The position numbers were made by a program, and so were the translations under genes. Under the pieces are notes generated by a model. The model saw only the letters and a program-made list of their open reading frames with translations, made no database searches and was not told the DNA's origin. Below, piece after piece: positions 12,069-24,772 of a stretch of 50,284 nucleotides of DNA. Source of the DNA: Chromera velia (Eukaryota); assembly GCA_018398765.1 (NCBI GenBank), contig JAHBMJ010000340.1, positions 1-50,284 of the forward strand, read 5' to 3'. Numbering within the stretch: the stretch's first letter is position 1; every line of letters begins with the position of its first letter.

Positions 12069-13388
12069 GAGATGACAAAGCCCTGGGCCCCTCTCGTGTT
12101 TTCCTTGAACACCGCAAGACAGACAATCTTTCAACCAAATAAGACTGAATCACTGCAGATAGAGAAGGTAAGAGAAGAGAAATGACAGGAAAGGGGGGAG
12201 GAATAAAAGAGGAAAATCCTAGGAAAAACGGCTGCAGGAACCCATTTCCCTTTCTCATAAAGAAGGTTGCAATCCAGGTTCCGGGAAAAACCTATGCATA
12301 GACCCTTTTTTCGCCTCCATATGCATCCACCCCCTTCGCATGGACGAGACCCGCACTTTTTTTCTTTTTTCGGCTGTCTATTGGCCCTACAGATAGAGTC
12401 TTATTCACTTATCGCTTCGACCCTCCAAACACTGGACGAGTATTCACCTAGCTGCGTATCGCCTGCACGCCCCTTCTGAGAGAGACCCCTCAGGGGACCC
12501 CTGCAGCCTCTCCCAGCTCCCTTGCAACGTCGAATTTGGTTCTCTTTCCCCTTCCGTCGTTGTCAGTTCTTTACCTGCCTGAAGTTCACTTACATGAGAG
12601 CACATCCTGACTGGATGAAGAGAAGGAAAGAGAGGGGGGAGAGAGGAAAAGTGAAGCAAGATCAAAGCAAAGATTGCAAGATCATTATTTACCTCCAAGC
12701 ACTGTTGAGCTCAGAGATTGCATCATACATATCGGAATTAAGTGGATGAGGACCCCTAGCTACCTACATGTACACCTGCATGAGCACTGCATCAAACAAA
12801 GCCCCCCCCTCCCAACGATCGCAAAGTCCTTTTACAGGCCGCCTGATGCAAACACGATCTGGCAGAGAGCCAAGCTGAGCAACTTTGAGCCGCCTGCATG
12901 TTTATACCTTCACCTAGACCTTTACTTGCTGTCACACTTGCCGGCATCTCCTCAGGTGGATGAAGTGTGCAATGGAATATAAAATTCAACAAAGTTGGAA
13001 TAAAGAAAAACCTTCTTTAGCAGCACACGTGAACGCTTGAATGCGCACTCTAAGATCATACAATCTGACATCATGCATGGATACAAACAATGCACGCACG
13101 AAAAAAGTTGGACCTTTGCATGCAGCAGAGACGGCATGAAGTCATTCATTGTCTTTGCACAGCCAGAGAGGATCTCGACTAGCTGGCGACTTTCATAGTT
13201 ACACAGGTACACTGTACTATACTGTACTACACTGTATGAATGATGAATTACAATAACTTAGAGAAAGCTTCTAAAAGAATTGAAACTATATATTATACAT
13301 ATATATAATTATATATATAAAATATAAATTCACATATCATTATTACATCAGTCTGCCCCCCCCCCCCTCCCTGTCCCTTCTGTCAAAC

Positions 13389-13875
13389 TCAGAAAGGAGC
13401 CTCTCTGAACTCCAGTTCGATGCTCTTCAGGTATTCAACTGTCATCTCTCCATCCAACTCATAATCGAATGCCTCCGTTGACTTATCACATGCAAGGTCG
13501 AGTCCCTGTAGGCCCAAAATCTGTATCTCTCTTCTGTGATGCCCAGCGTTCCTCTGATAAACCCTCTGGAGGTGGAGGTTGGCAGAGGTTGGCGTGTGTG
13601 GTGACCAGCAAGTCTTGGTACGGCTAGGTGAGACGGTTTCTCTTTTCAAAGTAAACCTAGTCGTAGAGAGGGAACCCCCGCTCTGAGAGCTTCGCCGCGT
13701 TGCCAGTGGCAGCCTGAAAGACCTCCGTAGCGAGGGCGGCATTCTTGGGGGCTGCTTTTACAAGGTTGTCCCGGCGCCACCAGGAGAGGTTGTCCACCTT
13801 GTTGTCTGACGATATACAGTTAAGCTGAAGAGGGGGCGTCGCAGCCCATACTGCCTTGCACCACTCTGACGTCAT
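13389..13875 (-). pseudogene. Decayed ORF of unknown function
   Basis: ORF pieces 13657-13875 and 13389-13742 join into one protein-like frame (MTSEWCKAVW...RGFPLYD*VYFEKRNRLT*PYQDLLVTTHANL/HLQRVYQ...SIELEFREAPF) if two TAG stops and a 10-bp tandem duplication (GCCAACCTCT-GCCAACCTC on the minus strand, ~13575-13593) are treated as lesions. Confidence 0.45.
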
Positions 13876-14316
13876 CTACAAGGACATCGTTGCCCTGGAT
13901 TTCCTCCGCCCCTCGACTTAAACATACAAAACCTCGTCTATAAGAACCCGAGGGGTGGAACAGAAACCTTGTATTCTCGTGGTTGAGAGGCTTCACTTGA
14001 AGCCATCTTTTTCTCTAATTTATATTTTAGAATGCAAACTTTAACCATTTACTATTTACTATCTTAAATTACTATAAAAACATAATGAAAACTCACTAAA
14101 ACACTAGTAAAAAGTTACTAAAACTTAGCTTATAAACATACTAAACATGCTAAAACTTAGCTTAAAAGCTTATAAAAAGGTAGTGGGACGAGTGGCGGGC
14201 CCGGGCGGCCCGCCCAACTTAGTGAGGCAGGGCGGGGCGGGCTGCTCGAATTGTACTGTACTGTACTGTACTGTACTAGTTTTGCTTCTACACTGTACTG
14301 TACTAGTGCAACTATG

Positions 14317-14374
14317 GCGACTTTAAATAAGCAACCCCCCATCACCCAAAAGAGTGCATCTCTTCACTTTTAAA
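14317..14374. repeat. 58-bp direct repeat, copy 2
   Basis: Near-identical to 12011-12068. Sits 7 bp from the stop codon of the minus-strand coiled-coil gene. Confidence 0.92.
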
Positions 14375-14381
14375 GGCACGA

Positions 14382-16453
14382 TCACCACCACCGGGGCGCA
14401 ATCACCACCCTCGGGGGTGCCCCCATTCCGGGAAGGGGAGGTCCGGTCCGTCTTGGCACCGCCGCAGGGCCCACCAGGGGGTGGGGGGGGACGGGCAGCG
14501 CTGTTCCTGGAGGTAGGACGAAAGGCCGGGCTCCGGTGGGAGCGCGCAGAAGGGGAGAGAACGCACAGGGTCCCCGCTGGTTGACGGGCCGCAAGCCGCG
14601 AAGGGGCCGCCGCGGAATCATAGGCCGGACAACGAACGTTGGCTGTGCGCGCACGGGCTTGTGCCCCGCCCTCTTAGCCCCCGAGAGCAGATTGCGGGGC
14701 TGCTCTTTCCCCTTTCTTCCCCCCCGAACTGCTGCTTCTGCCTCCTCCTTCTCTTGCTGGAACCGCACCGTTTCTTCCTTCAGCTCTCTCTCCTTCTTCT
14801 CTAATTCCTCCCTGGCGGCTCTCATGTCTGCTGCTTCCTTTTCGAGCCTTTCCTCACTCTCGAGCAGCTGCTGGTTTTTCTGGACGTACTCTTTGTTTTT
14901 CTTCTCTGCTGCTGAGAGGCGACTCACAAGCTCCTCCCTTTCCCTCTCCCGCCTCTCCTTCTCCTCCGCGAGAGCCGAGAGAACCTGCTGTCTCTCTACG
15001 TGGGAAGTGTCCCGCTCTGCCTCTGCTTGTGTCAGGGCCTGCTGAAGGGACTCTGACTTCCTCTTCTCCTTCTCTAGATCCTCAGAGAGGGCGGCTGTGC
15101 TGGCGGAAGTCTGCAACTCTTCGGTGAGAGCTTGCACTTGGGACCGCAAGCGAATGGCCTCGGCCTTGTGTTCGCGGGCAGACTGCGCACTGAGTGCTGC
15201 CAATCTGCCCGTCTCCCTTCCCTCTGCCTTCTCTTTCCGCAATTCTTCCTCTCGTTGCTCAAGAATCTGTACAGAGCGGTCGGCTGCCTGTTTCAGTTCG
15301 GAAAATTCGGTTGCGACTTGTGCATGTCTCTCGAGGAGTCGCTGTTCTGCTTGAGCAAAGTGGGTGACACTTTGCTCGGCGGCTGTGAGACGATTTTGGA
15401 GCTCTGCTTTCTCCTCTCTTTCCTTCTGCACGGCTGCTCTCGCTTCCTCCTTCTCCTCTTCGACCCTCTTCCGATCCTGACAGACAGTCTCTGCCCTCTC
15501 CCTCTCCATTTCAACCTCTTCCTGCAGCTCGGCGAGACGGGTGGACGACTCTGCCTGCTGCTGCTCGAGACGGGCCACTTCGGCCGCGTGTTGCTGTTGA
15601 ACACGCTCCACACTGACAGTTACCTCCTCCTCTGTCTTTTCCCTCCTTTCCTTTTCTGCCCGCAGGCTCTCTTGCAACAACTCGGCTTGCACGTCTCTGG
15701 TTGCATTCCTGCATTAAGTGAATTAAGCACACAAGATCAGAGACGTGAAGGGATCGGATGGGGTGTGAGTGCAGAACGGCAGACAGAGAACGACAGCAGT
15801 CTGATAAGGGCACAGGAAGATGACTAGGAGACAGAGTAGAAGTCCGGTGATTCAGCAGACAGAAAAGCAAAAATGTAAAGAGGTAGGAAACGGAACAGAA
15901 TTCACAATGTCATGCAGAAGACAATTAAGGTTAGAGTAGAGAATCGACTGACGGCTTGCTACTGGAGGAGACGCCTGACGAGTTCATCGGGGATCCCTCA
16001 AATTCCCTCACCGCTCGTTCGAGCTCTTTCATCTCTCCCCTTTCGTCTCTCCGAAGGGCGGACTCCAAATCCAGCAGACCGAGAAAGGATCTGATGTCGC
16101 CATGCACACTCAGCAGGTCGACATCAACCTCAGCATTCGCATTCCCCCCCTTTCCCCCTTTTTGCCTCCTCTCCTTCTCCTCCAGGTAACGCTCTCTGTC
16201 GGAGAGGAGAACCCGAATCAGGCCCTTGCACCTGGCGATATACGAAGCCAGCTGAGGCATAAGAGAGTCCACACGGCTTGAGAGGTCAGTGAGGAGGTTG
16301 TCGCTTTCCGCAAGTTTGCGTCTTGTCCGACTCTGCAGAGAGGTCGGTCAAGTGAGACAAAAGGAAAAAAATCGATTGAACAGACGAAAGCCACACACAA
16401 AAATACACTGGAGAAAGTGGGAGGTTGGACAGGGAAGAAGCGAGGGGGACCGG

Positions 16454-16484
<31 letters not shown>

Positions 16485-18034
16485 CAATGACACACGTAAT
16501 CATGCACATACACATGCACAAATGAGAGAGCCAGAACACAGATCGACAGAGAGAAAGGCACGGACACAGACGCACAAAAACAGAGATGGGGGGGGGGNGG
16601 GGGGGGGGGAAAGAGCGCAAACAAACTCAACAAGAGGCAGGCCAAACTAGGAAGAGAGCCATAGGCTTGCTGTAAGATGAGAGCCCTTTTTGCTGAATCC
16701 TCTTCTTCCTCCTTTTTCTGCCGGTCTCATCCCACTTCGAATATCAATACCCTGCCCACCTGTATCTCCTTGACAAGGTGAACAAGCAGTGGCTTGCTCT
16801 CCTCCACCAGCACCTCCACACTCTGTTCTGCCTCCGCAATGCCTCCCGAAGACACACTCTTCGTCTCTCCTCCCAAAACCTCACCAACCGCCTCTCTGCC
16901 CTTCTCTGCCGATATGGAAGAGTCCTTACAGAGATCACGTGCAGCTAGAAATTCCATCTGCGCACGGAATGTGGAGCTTTTGGGGAACCGCCCATACTTG
17001 ACGGCTTCGTCAGAGGGACGGTCGGTTGGCAAAGGGGCCCTGTCGTGTGCGGGGTTCCATCTACCGTCGTTGGCATTTGGGTTTCGCCAAGTGTGGCTCT
17101 CCTTGCTGTCCGAATCTTTTATCAACTGCCATGCTTCCTTGGCTTGCTCCATCTTCGAGCGGTCATCATTTGCAATGAATTTCTCCCTCTCCTCCGTCTG
17201 CTGCCGCCTCCTCTCCATGAGAGCATGGTGCAGGTTCCCTGTGAGTTCGTTTGGGGCCCCCGAAAGCTTCCAATTTTGTGCTGCCAGGGACCTCTCACGA
17301 GACAGAGCGCGCCGTCTCTCCCTTCTTGTGGCCCTCTCAGTGGAAGTATAGCGGCTGTCTGGCGTTGAGTCGCGGTCCTCGTTTCTGTCAACAGCCTCCC
17401 CCCTTTGAACTTTATCTTCGTCCCACACGCATTGAGGGACGAGGTCCGACAAAATATACTCGAGAGGCTCTCCCTCATCGTACCGCTGGATATCGTGCAG
17501 CCTCCTCCAATGCTCCATCTCTCCGTCAATTGTCTTGTCAAAGGCAAACATTGGGAGGGGCTGGGACCTCATCGTCATTCTCGACGGTTGCTGTTGTGGC
17601 GGCTGGATATACGTGGGGTCTGGCTGCTGCACTTGCGCGACTGCCTGGGGATATCCGAGGGGCGGATGGAAGCCAGGGGGTGGTGCGAGGCCGGGAGGAA
17701 GGGCTAGGCCTGGTGGGGGAATCATTACGTGGGAAGTTGGGGGGGCTTGAGGCAGATACTCAGAGGTCGGTCCAGTGCTTTCGACTGTGATTATTGGGTA
17801 CGGTCTCGGGGGGTGTTGTGACGCTGCGGCTGCACCATCGGCGGGTACAAAACCAGAAGGGTTCGTGCAATATGACATATAGGAGGCAGCTGCCTGGTCT
17901 GTGGTGTAAGTCCCTGCTGCAGCTGCGAGGTCGGAGTGTGTGTAGACACCTGCAGCTGCTGAGGCATGAGGCAGATCGATGATGGCAGAGGAGGACGAAC
18001 TGGAGGGACTGGAAGACGGTTGCTCCTCCGACAT
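14382..18034 (-). CDS. Hypothetical protein, ~993 aa, Pro/Gln-rich N-terminus and long Glu/Arg/Ala-rich coiled coil; 3 exons
   Basis: Exons 18034-16760 (ATG; donor GTGGGC, phase 0), 16332-15953 (acceptor CTGCAG; donor GTCAGT, phase 2) and 15708-14382 (acceptor ATGCAG). Phases match and join three long ORFs. Heptad-like E/K/R/L composition in exon 3. The last ~110 codons look degraded. Confidence 0.8.
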
Positions 18035-18480
18035 TGTGGTTTTTCAGAGATATAGAACGCCTGTCTACAAAGCCTCTTCTATATCCCTCGAAGCGAGGAT
18101 AGGAAGGCAGAGGCTGGGACACAGCTTGAAATAGAGATTTCCTTCCCCGATTGACTAGGTGCTGGCTGGCTTGATCGACGCCGTTGACTGGACGTCTGCT
18201 GGGCAGGGACAGCTGAACTCTGTTTTTCTTTCTGTTTGTTGATTGAGTCGATTCACGAGCAAACATTGACACAACACGTACAGGGAGTTATTCTCCCCGA
18301 AACGTGCTGTGTCAATGGGTCTTACTCTACACATGTATATATGAAATATCTATATGCCTTTCATCGACTGCCTGGAATCCAAGCTCTCAGAATTCCCGAG
18401 GTCGCCTCCAGTTTTATGGTTGTTTTGCTTTGTCTGACCTTGAAATCATTCCCGAAGTCGCAATGATGTATCGCTCGAAT

Positions 18481-18643
18481 TGCGCGCGCCCGCGCGGCCA
18501 TGCACTTGCGCTTTGAATTTGACGGCGCGCGGGGCACGCCGGGGCCTTTCTGAGATTTTCTGAGTCTCGATCATTCATGCATGGAGTCTCGATCTGACAA
18601 CAGAAACAGCTAGGTCTGCCGATGTCTGCATGCAATATATATA
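18481..18643. promoter_or_regulatory. Putative promoter block: CGCG-rich tract, TGCATG motifs, ATATATA
   Basis: TGCGCGCGCCCGCGCGGCCATGCAC ... TCATGCATG ... TGCATGCAATATATATA, ~450 bp upstream of the ATG at 18034. TGCATGCA is a known ApiAP2-bound motif in apicomplexans. Confidence 0.4.
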
Positions 18644-18702
18644 GACCGCCGGACAGCTGGTTGGTATTCGTACAATTCTGGTGGGCAGGACTATCGTGCG
18701 TC

Positions 18703-19851
18703 ATTGACGAGTTTCTCGCAACCGGGCCTCTGCGGGTGCTGAGTGGTCAAGTTCTTGAGGAGTGTGTCGGACTGAGACTCCGTCGGAGACGGCAAAGTTC
18801 TTTTGCCATTGTGGAGGGGCGGGAACGGCGATCACCCCCCCCCTTCCCCTGTGACCCTTTGCTGGCCCTCAAGGAGATCCAAAAGATCCTGTATGCAGAA
18901 GTCAGAAGAACAAGGAACAGATTGGGGGGCATGATCACAGACGGAAGTGAAGGAGCGTGAGCAGGGGTGCGGAGGGAGGGAGGGAGGGAGGGAGTTATGA
19001 GCGTGCCATCAACTCACCACGCATTGGCCTTAACGCTTGGTTCCCGGATGTCAGCACAAGGGTAGTCACACAGACACGTTTTGCCATCTGAGGCACAAAG
19101 CTTCGAGGACCTCTCTTCCTCCTACAGCACTAATACAGGGTCTCCTTCCCGTCAGATGGTGCCCACCAGAACAGGGCAAGGGACGGGCTTCTTTGGGCTG
19201 GAGGGCTTCCAGGCAGCTGGGAGACTGCTGTGGGTCGGGTCTGGTAAGTGGTTTGGCCCTCCTCGCTGTCTTCACTTTCTCTGTCTTTGGGGGGGGAGGG
19301 GGCTGGGGGTGCTGAAGGGACCCTTGGTATTTGGGAGGCTTGCTGCCTCCTTCCTATCCACTTACAGCTGCAACTGCCCTCGGCAAGGCATAAAGCTGCC
19401 GGGTAAGTTTTTCTTCCCTCCTTCTGTCCTACCTCCCTTCCTTTCTTCCTCCCTTCTTTCTTCTTCCCTTCCTTCCCACCTTCTTTCCCTCCTTGCTTCC
19501 TCCATCTCCTCCTCCGTTTCTTCATGAACTCCTTCCTTCCTCTTGTGACTGCATTGTTGTTCTTCTGTGTGCGTGCATGCAGGTCCGCGGACGATAAGAA
19601 GCTCTCCCTTCCTTCCTTCCTCCCTTCCTTGCTCCTTTCCTTCCTCTCTTCCCTTACTCCCTTCCTTTCTTCCTTCCTTCCTTCCTTGACTCCTTCCTTT
19701 CTTCCTTCCTTCCGTCCTTCCTTCCTTCCTTCCTTCCTTCCTTCCTCCCTTCCTTCCTTCCTTCCTTCCCTTCCTCACCTTCTCTCCTCTCCTTCCTGGC
19801 TGACTGGCTGACGGACTGGCTGGCTGGCTCTGCTCTCTTCTCTCTCTCTCT

Positions 19852-19892
<41 letters not shown>

Positions 19893-20660
19893 CTGTCTGT
19901 CTGTCTGTCTGTCTGTCTGAGGGAGAAGAAGAAGAAACATATAGTCTGTCTGTCTGCCTGTCTGCCTGTCTGCCTGTCTGTCCGAAAGAAAGAGAAGAAA
20001 AAGTGAAGTGAAGAAAAGACGATGTAGTCTGTCAAGGCGGAGTAGCTGATCCTCTCCCTTTGGAGAGTGCATCGGAATGCTTCGGAGACCTCAACAAGGG
20101 GTGTGAGCTCAGCTTGTGGCCAATATGATGGCAACGACGTGTGACGAAATCCTCCTGGTTATTTTCGAATAGCCTGTTATCTTTTCTCGTTTCCTCAAAG
20201 GAGGCATTTCCTTGCAGGTCCTTATACCTGTGAGCAGTCACACACACACACACACACGCACGCGTCCACACAGAACACTGACACACACACATACACACAC
20301 ACACACATACACACACACTCAAACATACACGTACACGCATTTTTTCCATCGGGGCGGGCGGTCAAAAGAAGAGATCCAACCAGAAGAGAGGGATTTTATT
20401 GCTTTGATGCCTTCACCTGAAAAAGGGAACCCCAGATGAAGAAACCAAAAGATAAAGAGAACCCCAGAAGAAGAAAGAGGCGATGCTGAAGACAAACATA
20501 GCGGAATGGACCCTAAACGAAAGGAAATGAAAAGAAACGAACTCGTTCAGATGGAAAGAATGTGGAGGTGCAAGAGGGCAACCCTGCACTGGGCAGTGAA
20601 GGGCCACAGGGTACGACTTACGGCTTGGAGCTCTGGTACCCTTCCACTGAGAGCGCGCCA
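18703..20660 (-). pseudogene. Possible decayed multi-exon gene
   Basis: Coding-like blocks at ~18703-18889, ~19019-19360, ~20032-20228 and ~20560-20650 are separated by microsatellite-filled intron-like DNA, with splice-like ends (acceptors ...GCATACAG and ...CTCACAG, donor GTGAGT near 19018). The blocks could not be joined without stops or frameshifts; no family recognised. Confidence 0.25.
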
Positions 20661-20892
20661 AAAGAAAAGAAGAAAACAGAAGAGAAAGGAAGGAAGGTTC
20701 TGAAGGTCCGTCTCTGTCTGTCTGTCTGTCTATCTGTCTGTCTGTCTGTCTGTCTGTGTCTGCTTGTTTGTGTGTCTGTTTGTCTGTCTGCCTGCCTGTC
20801 TGTCCGAAAGAAAGGAAGCGATTCGGAAAAAGTGAAGTGAAGAAAAGACGATATAGTCTGTCGGTGTGTCTGTCTGTTTGTCTGTCCGTCTG

Positions 20893-20931
<39 letters not shown>

Positions 20932-21100
20932 GTGTCTGTCTGTCTGTCTGTCTGTCTGTGTCTGCTTGTTTGTGTGTCTGTTTGTCTGTCTGTCTGTCTG
21001 TCTGCCTGTCTGCCTGTCTGTCCGAAAGAAAGGGAAAGAAAGGAAGCGATTCGGAAAAAGTGAAGTGAAGAAAAGACGATATAGTCTGTCGGTGTGTCTG
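19981..21100. repeat. Three copies of a ~55-80 bp unit embedded in (TCTG)n
   Basis: TCCGAAAGAAAG...AAAAAGTGAAGTGAAGAAAAGACGAT(G/A)TAGTCTGTC at 19981, 20803 and 21021. Confidence 0.85.
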
Positions 21101-21191
21101 TCTGTCTGTCTATCTGTATTTCGTCACTGTCGCTCTCTCTCTCTCTCTCTCTTCCTCTCTCTCTCTCTCTCTTCCTCTCTCTCTCTCTCTC

Positions 21192-21296
<105 letters not shown>

Positions 21297-21741
21297 CTCC
21301 CTCTCTCTCTCTCTCTGTTTCTCTGTCTTCTGTCCTAGTGGCTGGCTGGCTGCCTCAGTGGGGGGGTGGAGGGGGAAAAGAGCCGCTGGTTGGCTGACTT
21401 CCTGAATGGGGGTTGGGGGGGGAAAGAGCCGCAACGTACTAGCGACTCAGTAAGCAGAAAGAGCTTCAAACATTCATTTGTTGTCGTTAAGATGGAAAAG
21501 AAGCAAATGGTTTGCTTTGGTTCAGCTTCGGTTAATGTTGGTTAGGACCTGGTGAATGGTTAACCAATGGAATGGTTCCGGTTGTTTTTTTTGATTCATT
21601 GGTTCAACCAAAACGTGTACCCTAACCAATCCAGAAACAAAATGTTTTTCATTTGAATCTAGTGTAATAATCTACTAAAAGGGCGGTTAGGCTTTTAATC
21701 ATATTTGATGTATGGTTTTTGGGTCTCAGGCTGCATGGATC

Positions 21742-22362
21742 GTTCAAATTCATCAGAAATTTTGTAAAATTTGCAGCATTATTTATGTGTCAAATTTAAA
21801 TGAATTAAATTCTATAAGGTTTTCTATATACAAAGAATTTATACTTTGAAATTTTTGATATTCATTCATCCATCCATGAGACCGTAAACTGAAGTTACTG
21901 AACAAGGCTTGCTTTAATTCTATCAATAAAGTAGCATGAACGACGAATTGATTCAGCCTGAAACACTAGAAGGAATATTAGTAATTTAATGTAATTTACC
22001 CCAATAATGCATAAAATAGCAGAAAGCCGGTTTTGATAAATTTCTCTTAATTTCTCTTTCTACTCTACCGTAGTACCGTTACTTGAGAAACAAGCCGGAT
22101 TCAAAGTGATCAATGAACAGATTGCTCCTAGATTTGAAACTAATGGGCTAGCTAACGGGACAAACTGGAACTGTTCAACAGACTAGGTTTGGTCCGCCCC
22201 TCATATATGGGGACGCGGCATACATAACAAAAGCTTCCATCATTGTTCAAATTCATCAGAAATTTCGTAAAATTTACGGCATCATTTACCTGTCAAATTT
22301 ATAAGTAAATTAAATTTTATAAAATTTTCTATATATACAAAGAATTTATACTTTAGAATTTC
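21742..22362. repeat. Diverged ~115-bp AT-rich direct duplication
   Basis: GTTCAAATTCATCAGAAATTT...CAAAGAATTTATACTTT at ~21742-21855 and ~22245-22362, differing mostly by transitions. Confidence 0.85.
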
Positions 22363-22516
22363 AGATTAATTCAACTGAATTTTATAACCTTTTCAGACTT
22401 CTTTTTTGTCATGTAGGCAAAGTTAGAAGCTAAAATTACTGTACAATCTTCAGCTTTTGAGTCAATCTGACTTGCAGATCGTGTACGCGATTAGTGTATG
22501 CTACCTATGCAGCTTA

Positions 22517-24770
22517 TTAGTGCGCAGCGCGGAAGTGTGCCGTGTTCCTAGCCGTGTTCTGACAGAGAGTGTGCAGATGTTTTTGCACAACTCCCTCCGG
22601 CTTGTATTTGTCAGATTTCCCCCAAGCTTTCTTCCACAGCCCGACTTTTTGCTTGTGGATGGCGTGACATTCAGCACACAGCTCATTGTTGTAGTCGTGT
22701 CCTTGGTCTGTTCGTCCAACCATCTTGTTCTCAAGCCAGCCATAAAGTGTTACCCGACTTGTTTGGCATGGGTACAACCCCGATTCGGCCTTTTTCAGGC
22801 ACATGGTTTCGTCATAAGGGGCGCCGGCCTCAATGACGTCCATCATTTGCTGCCGGTGAGAAGGCTCGAGGACACTCGAGTTGCCGTGGGTGATGTGCAT
22901 GAGCAGATTCCAGTCTTCACACAGTGTCCCACTTCCATGACGACATATAACGTTGTGTCTACCAGTGGACAGAGCACGGAAGCGCATGAATGAACGGATA
23001 TTGTAGGGGCATTCCTTCTGCTGTCCGACCGCGTCTGCAGGGGCGCATCGCACAAGAATGTTGCAAAGCAGCTGCCCACTCGGCGCCATTCGGCACTTTG
23101 TGCTGCCGTGCTTCGACATATTCTCGATCACGAGCAACATCAATCAGCACACCTGCTCGAATGCGCTGCATTTCCTCCTCGTCCTTCGGCTCAATAGCAG
23201 CTGGCTTGGCTCCTGTTCGAGAACTGTCTTCTATCTCTGCTGTCAGTTCTGCATCAACTTCTCTCTCTACTTCAGTCTTGGGATTGGCAGCCGAGAAATC
23301 TTGGCCAGCTCTTTTGAACTTGTCCCGTGTCGGTCGTACCCAAAAAAGGACGTCCTTCTCTGCACATAAGAGCAAAGTCACGCACTCTAGCAGAAGCGCA
23401 ACGCGTCCAGCTTCTAAGGCTCTTCTGGGAGAAAACAGGTACCTTCAGAGGCTCCCATGGGCTCCGGAGGGACTTCGTTTCCGATCTGCCCCTCAACAGC
23501 CTTTTCTGTGGTCTGCAGAAAGAGGCAGAATCGTTTTCGTCTTTGAAGGTCCGCAGGGCAAAGGTCTTAGAGGCGCTCAACCATCCGGACCTTCAAGACC
23601 TCGACATCACGAGTTGCTTCCGCTTCTTGCTTTGTTTCGACGGTGCGATCGGAAATCGATGTCCGCTTCAAAGCTTTCAAGCTTGGAGAGGCGCGAGCCC
23701 CACCAAAAGGGCTTGGAGAGACCAAGCTCAGAAGAACCGAGATTAGGATTGCCGCGTTCATGAGCTGTCAGCCTCTCAACTTCAAGGGATCAATGCGAGG
23801 GCCGAAGACCCCGTGGGTATGGTTTCGGTGGACCACTTCTCTCCCAGGACCACTTCTGAAATCTTGCGACTGCCCTCGCAAAGTCTCTGCGAAATGGCAT
23901 GACCTTCGACAGGCTGTCCCTCCAATCTTCCTCACGGTCTTCATGTCGATATGGTGAGTCGGCAGCTCAGTGATACAGTGGGTTTGAAGATGTTTGTCAG
24001 AAGAATAATATCGATATTGATATTCGATATATAGAACTGAAAGTTGCAACAACACTGCAACACCCGTATAACACCCGTGCATGCACTGCATGCATGCAAC
24101 AATCTACATGCAACATGCACATGCACTGCAACACACCGTGCAACATAGGTCGATCTGCTGAATGTACTAGCTGTTGCGTACGAGAGAGTATTAAACTGTA
24201 CGTGCATGGTTGTCTCAACAGCGCTTTGCCCGTGCCCTTTTTTCTTCAGTGGTTGCGTACGTATATAAGAGTAACAAGTCTGTCGCATCGAGTCAAGAAC
24301 AGTAAACACAGTCGCGCAATTTCAGCTTCTTTCAGCTTGCTTCAACGCAGCACATCCTGGGCCGCCCTGCTCATCCAGAACACACAACGGTCCGATTTTG
24401 TAGAAGTTTTGGCTGCATCCTGCCGAGTGGTCACGGATATTATAGGGACGCGCCTTCTGCAGGAACGCTTCGCGCAAGAGTGTTGCAAAGCAGCTGGCCA
24501 TTCGGCGCCACTCAGCACTTGCCAAATTCTCGATCATGAAAAACATCAATCAGCACACCTGCAGGCTCAAATGCGCCGCGTTTTCTCCTCGTCCTGGGGC
24601 TCAATAGTTGGCTCGGCTTCTGTTCATGAACCGTCCGGTCTTGTTCTAGACTGTCTCCTACATGATATCTCCTTAGTGAGTCCGGCATTGACCTCCCTTC
24701 CTACTTCACCCTTCAATGAGGCTGGCTGCTGAGAAGTATTGTGTGCGGCTCTTCTCAACTTGACAATTTG
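22517..24770 (-). pseudogene. Tandemly duplicated, degenerate Cys/His-rich ORF family of unknown origin
   Basis: 23030-23330 and 24450-24770 are diverged paralogous segments (e.g. GTTGCAAAGCAGCTG...CGGCGCCA...TTCTCGATCA...CATCAATCAGCACACCTGC). The ORF pieces 22517-23143, 22959-23381 and 24322-24549 are frameshifted relative to each other, and the peptide PYNIR occurs in both copies. Confidence 0.45.
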
Positions 24771-24772
24771 TC

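Noticed and set aside
12070..13200. Non-LTR retrotransposon relic (SLGGGGF and SAWLS peptides); similar coding-like DNA at 27270-29000
   Set aside because: No RT or endonuclease motifs could be recovered in a consistent order. It is probably decayed mobile DNA but cannot be assigned.
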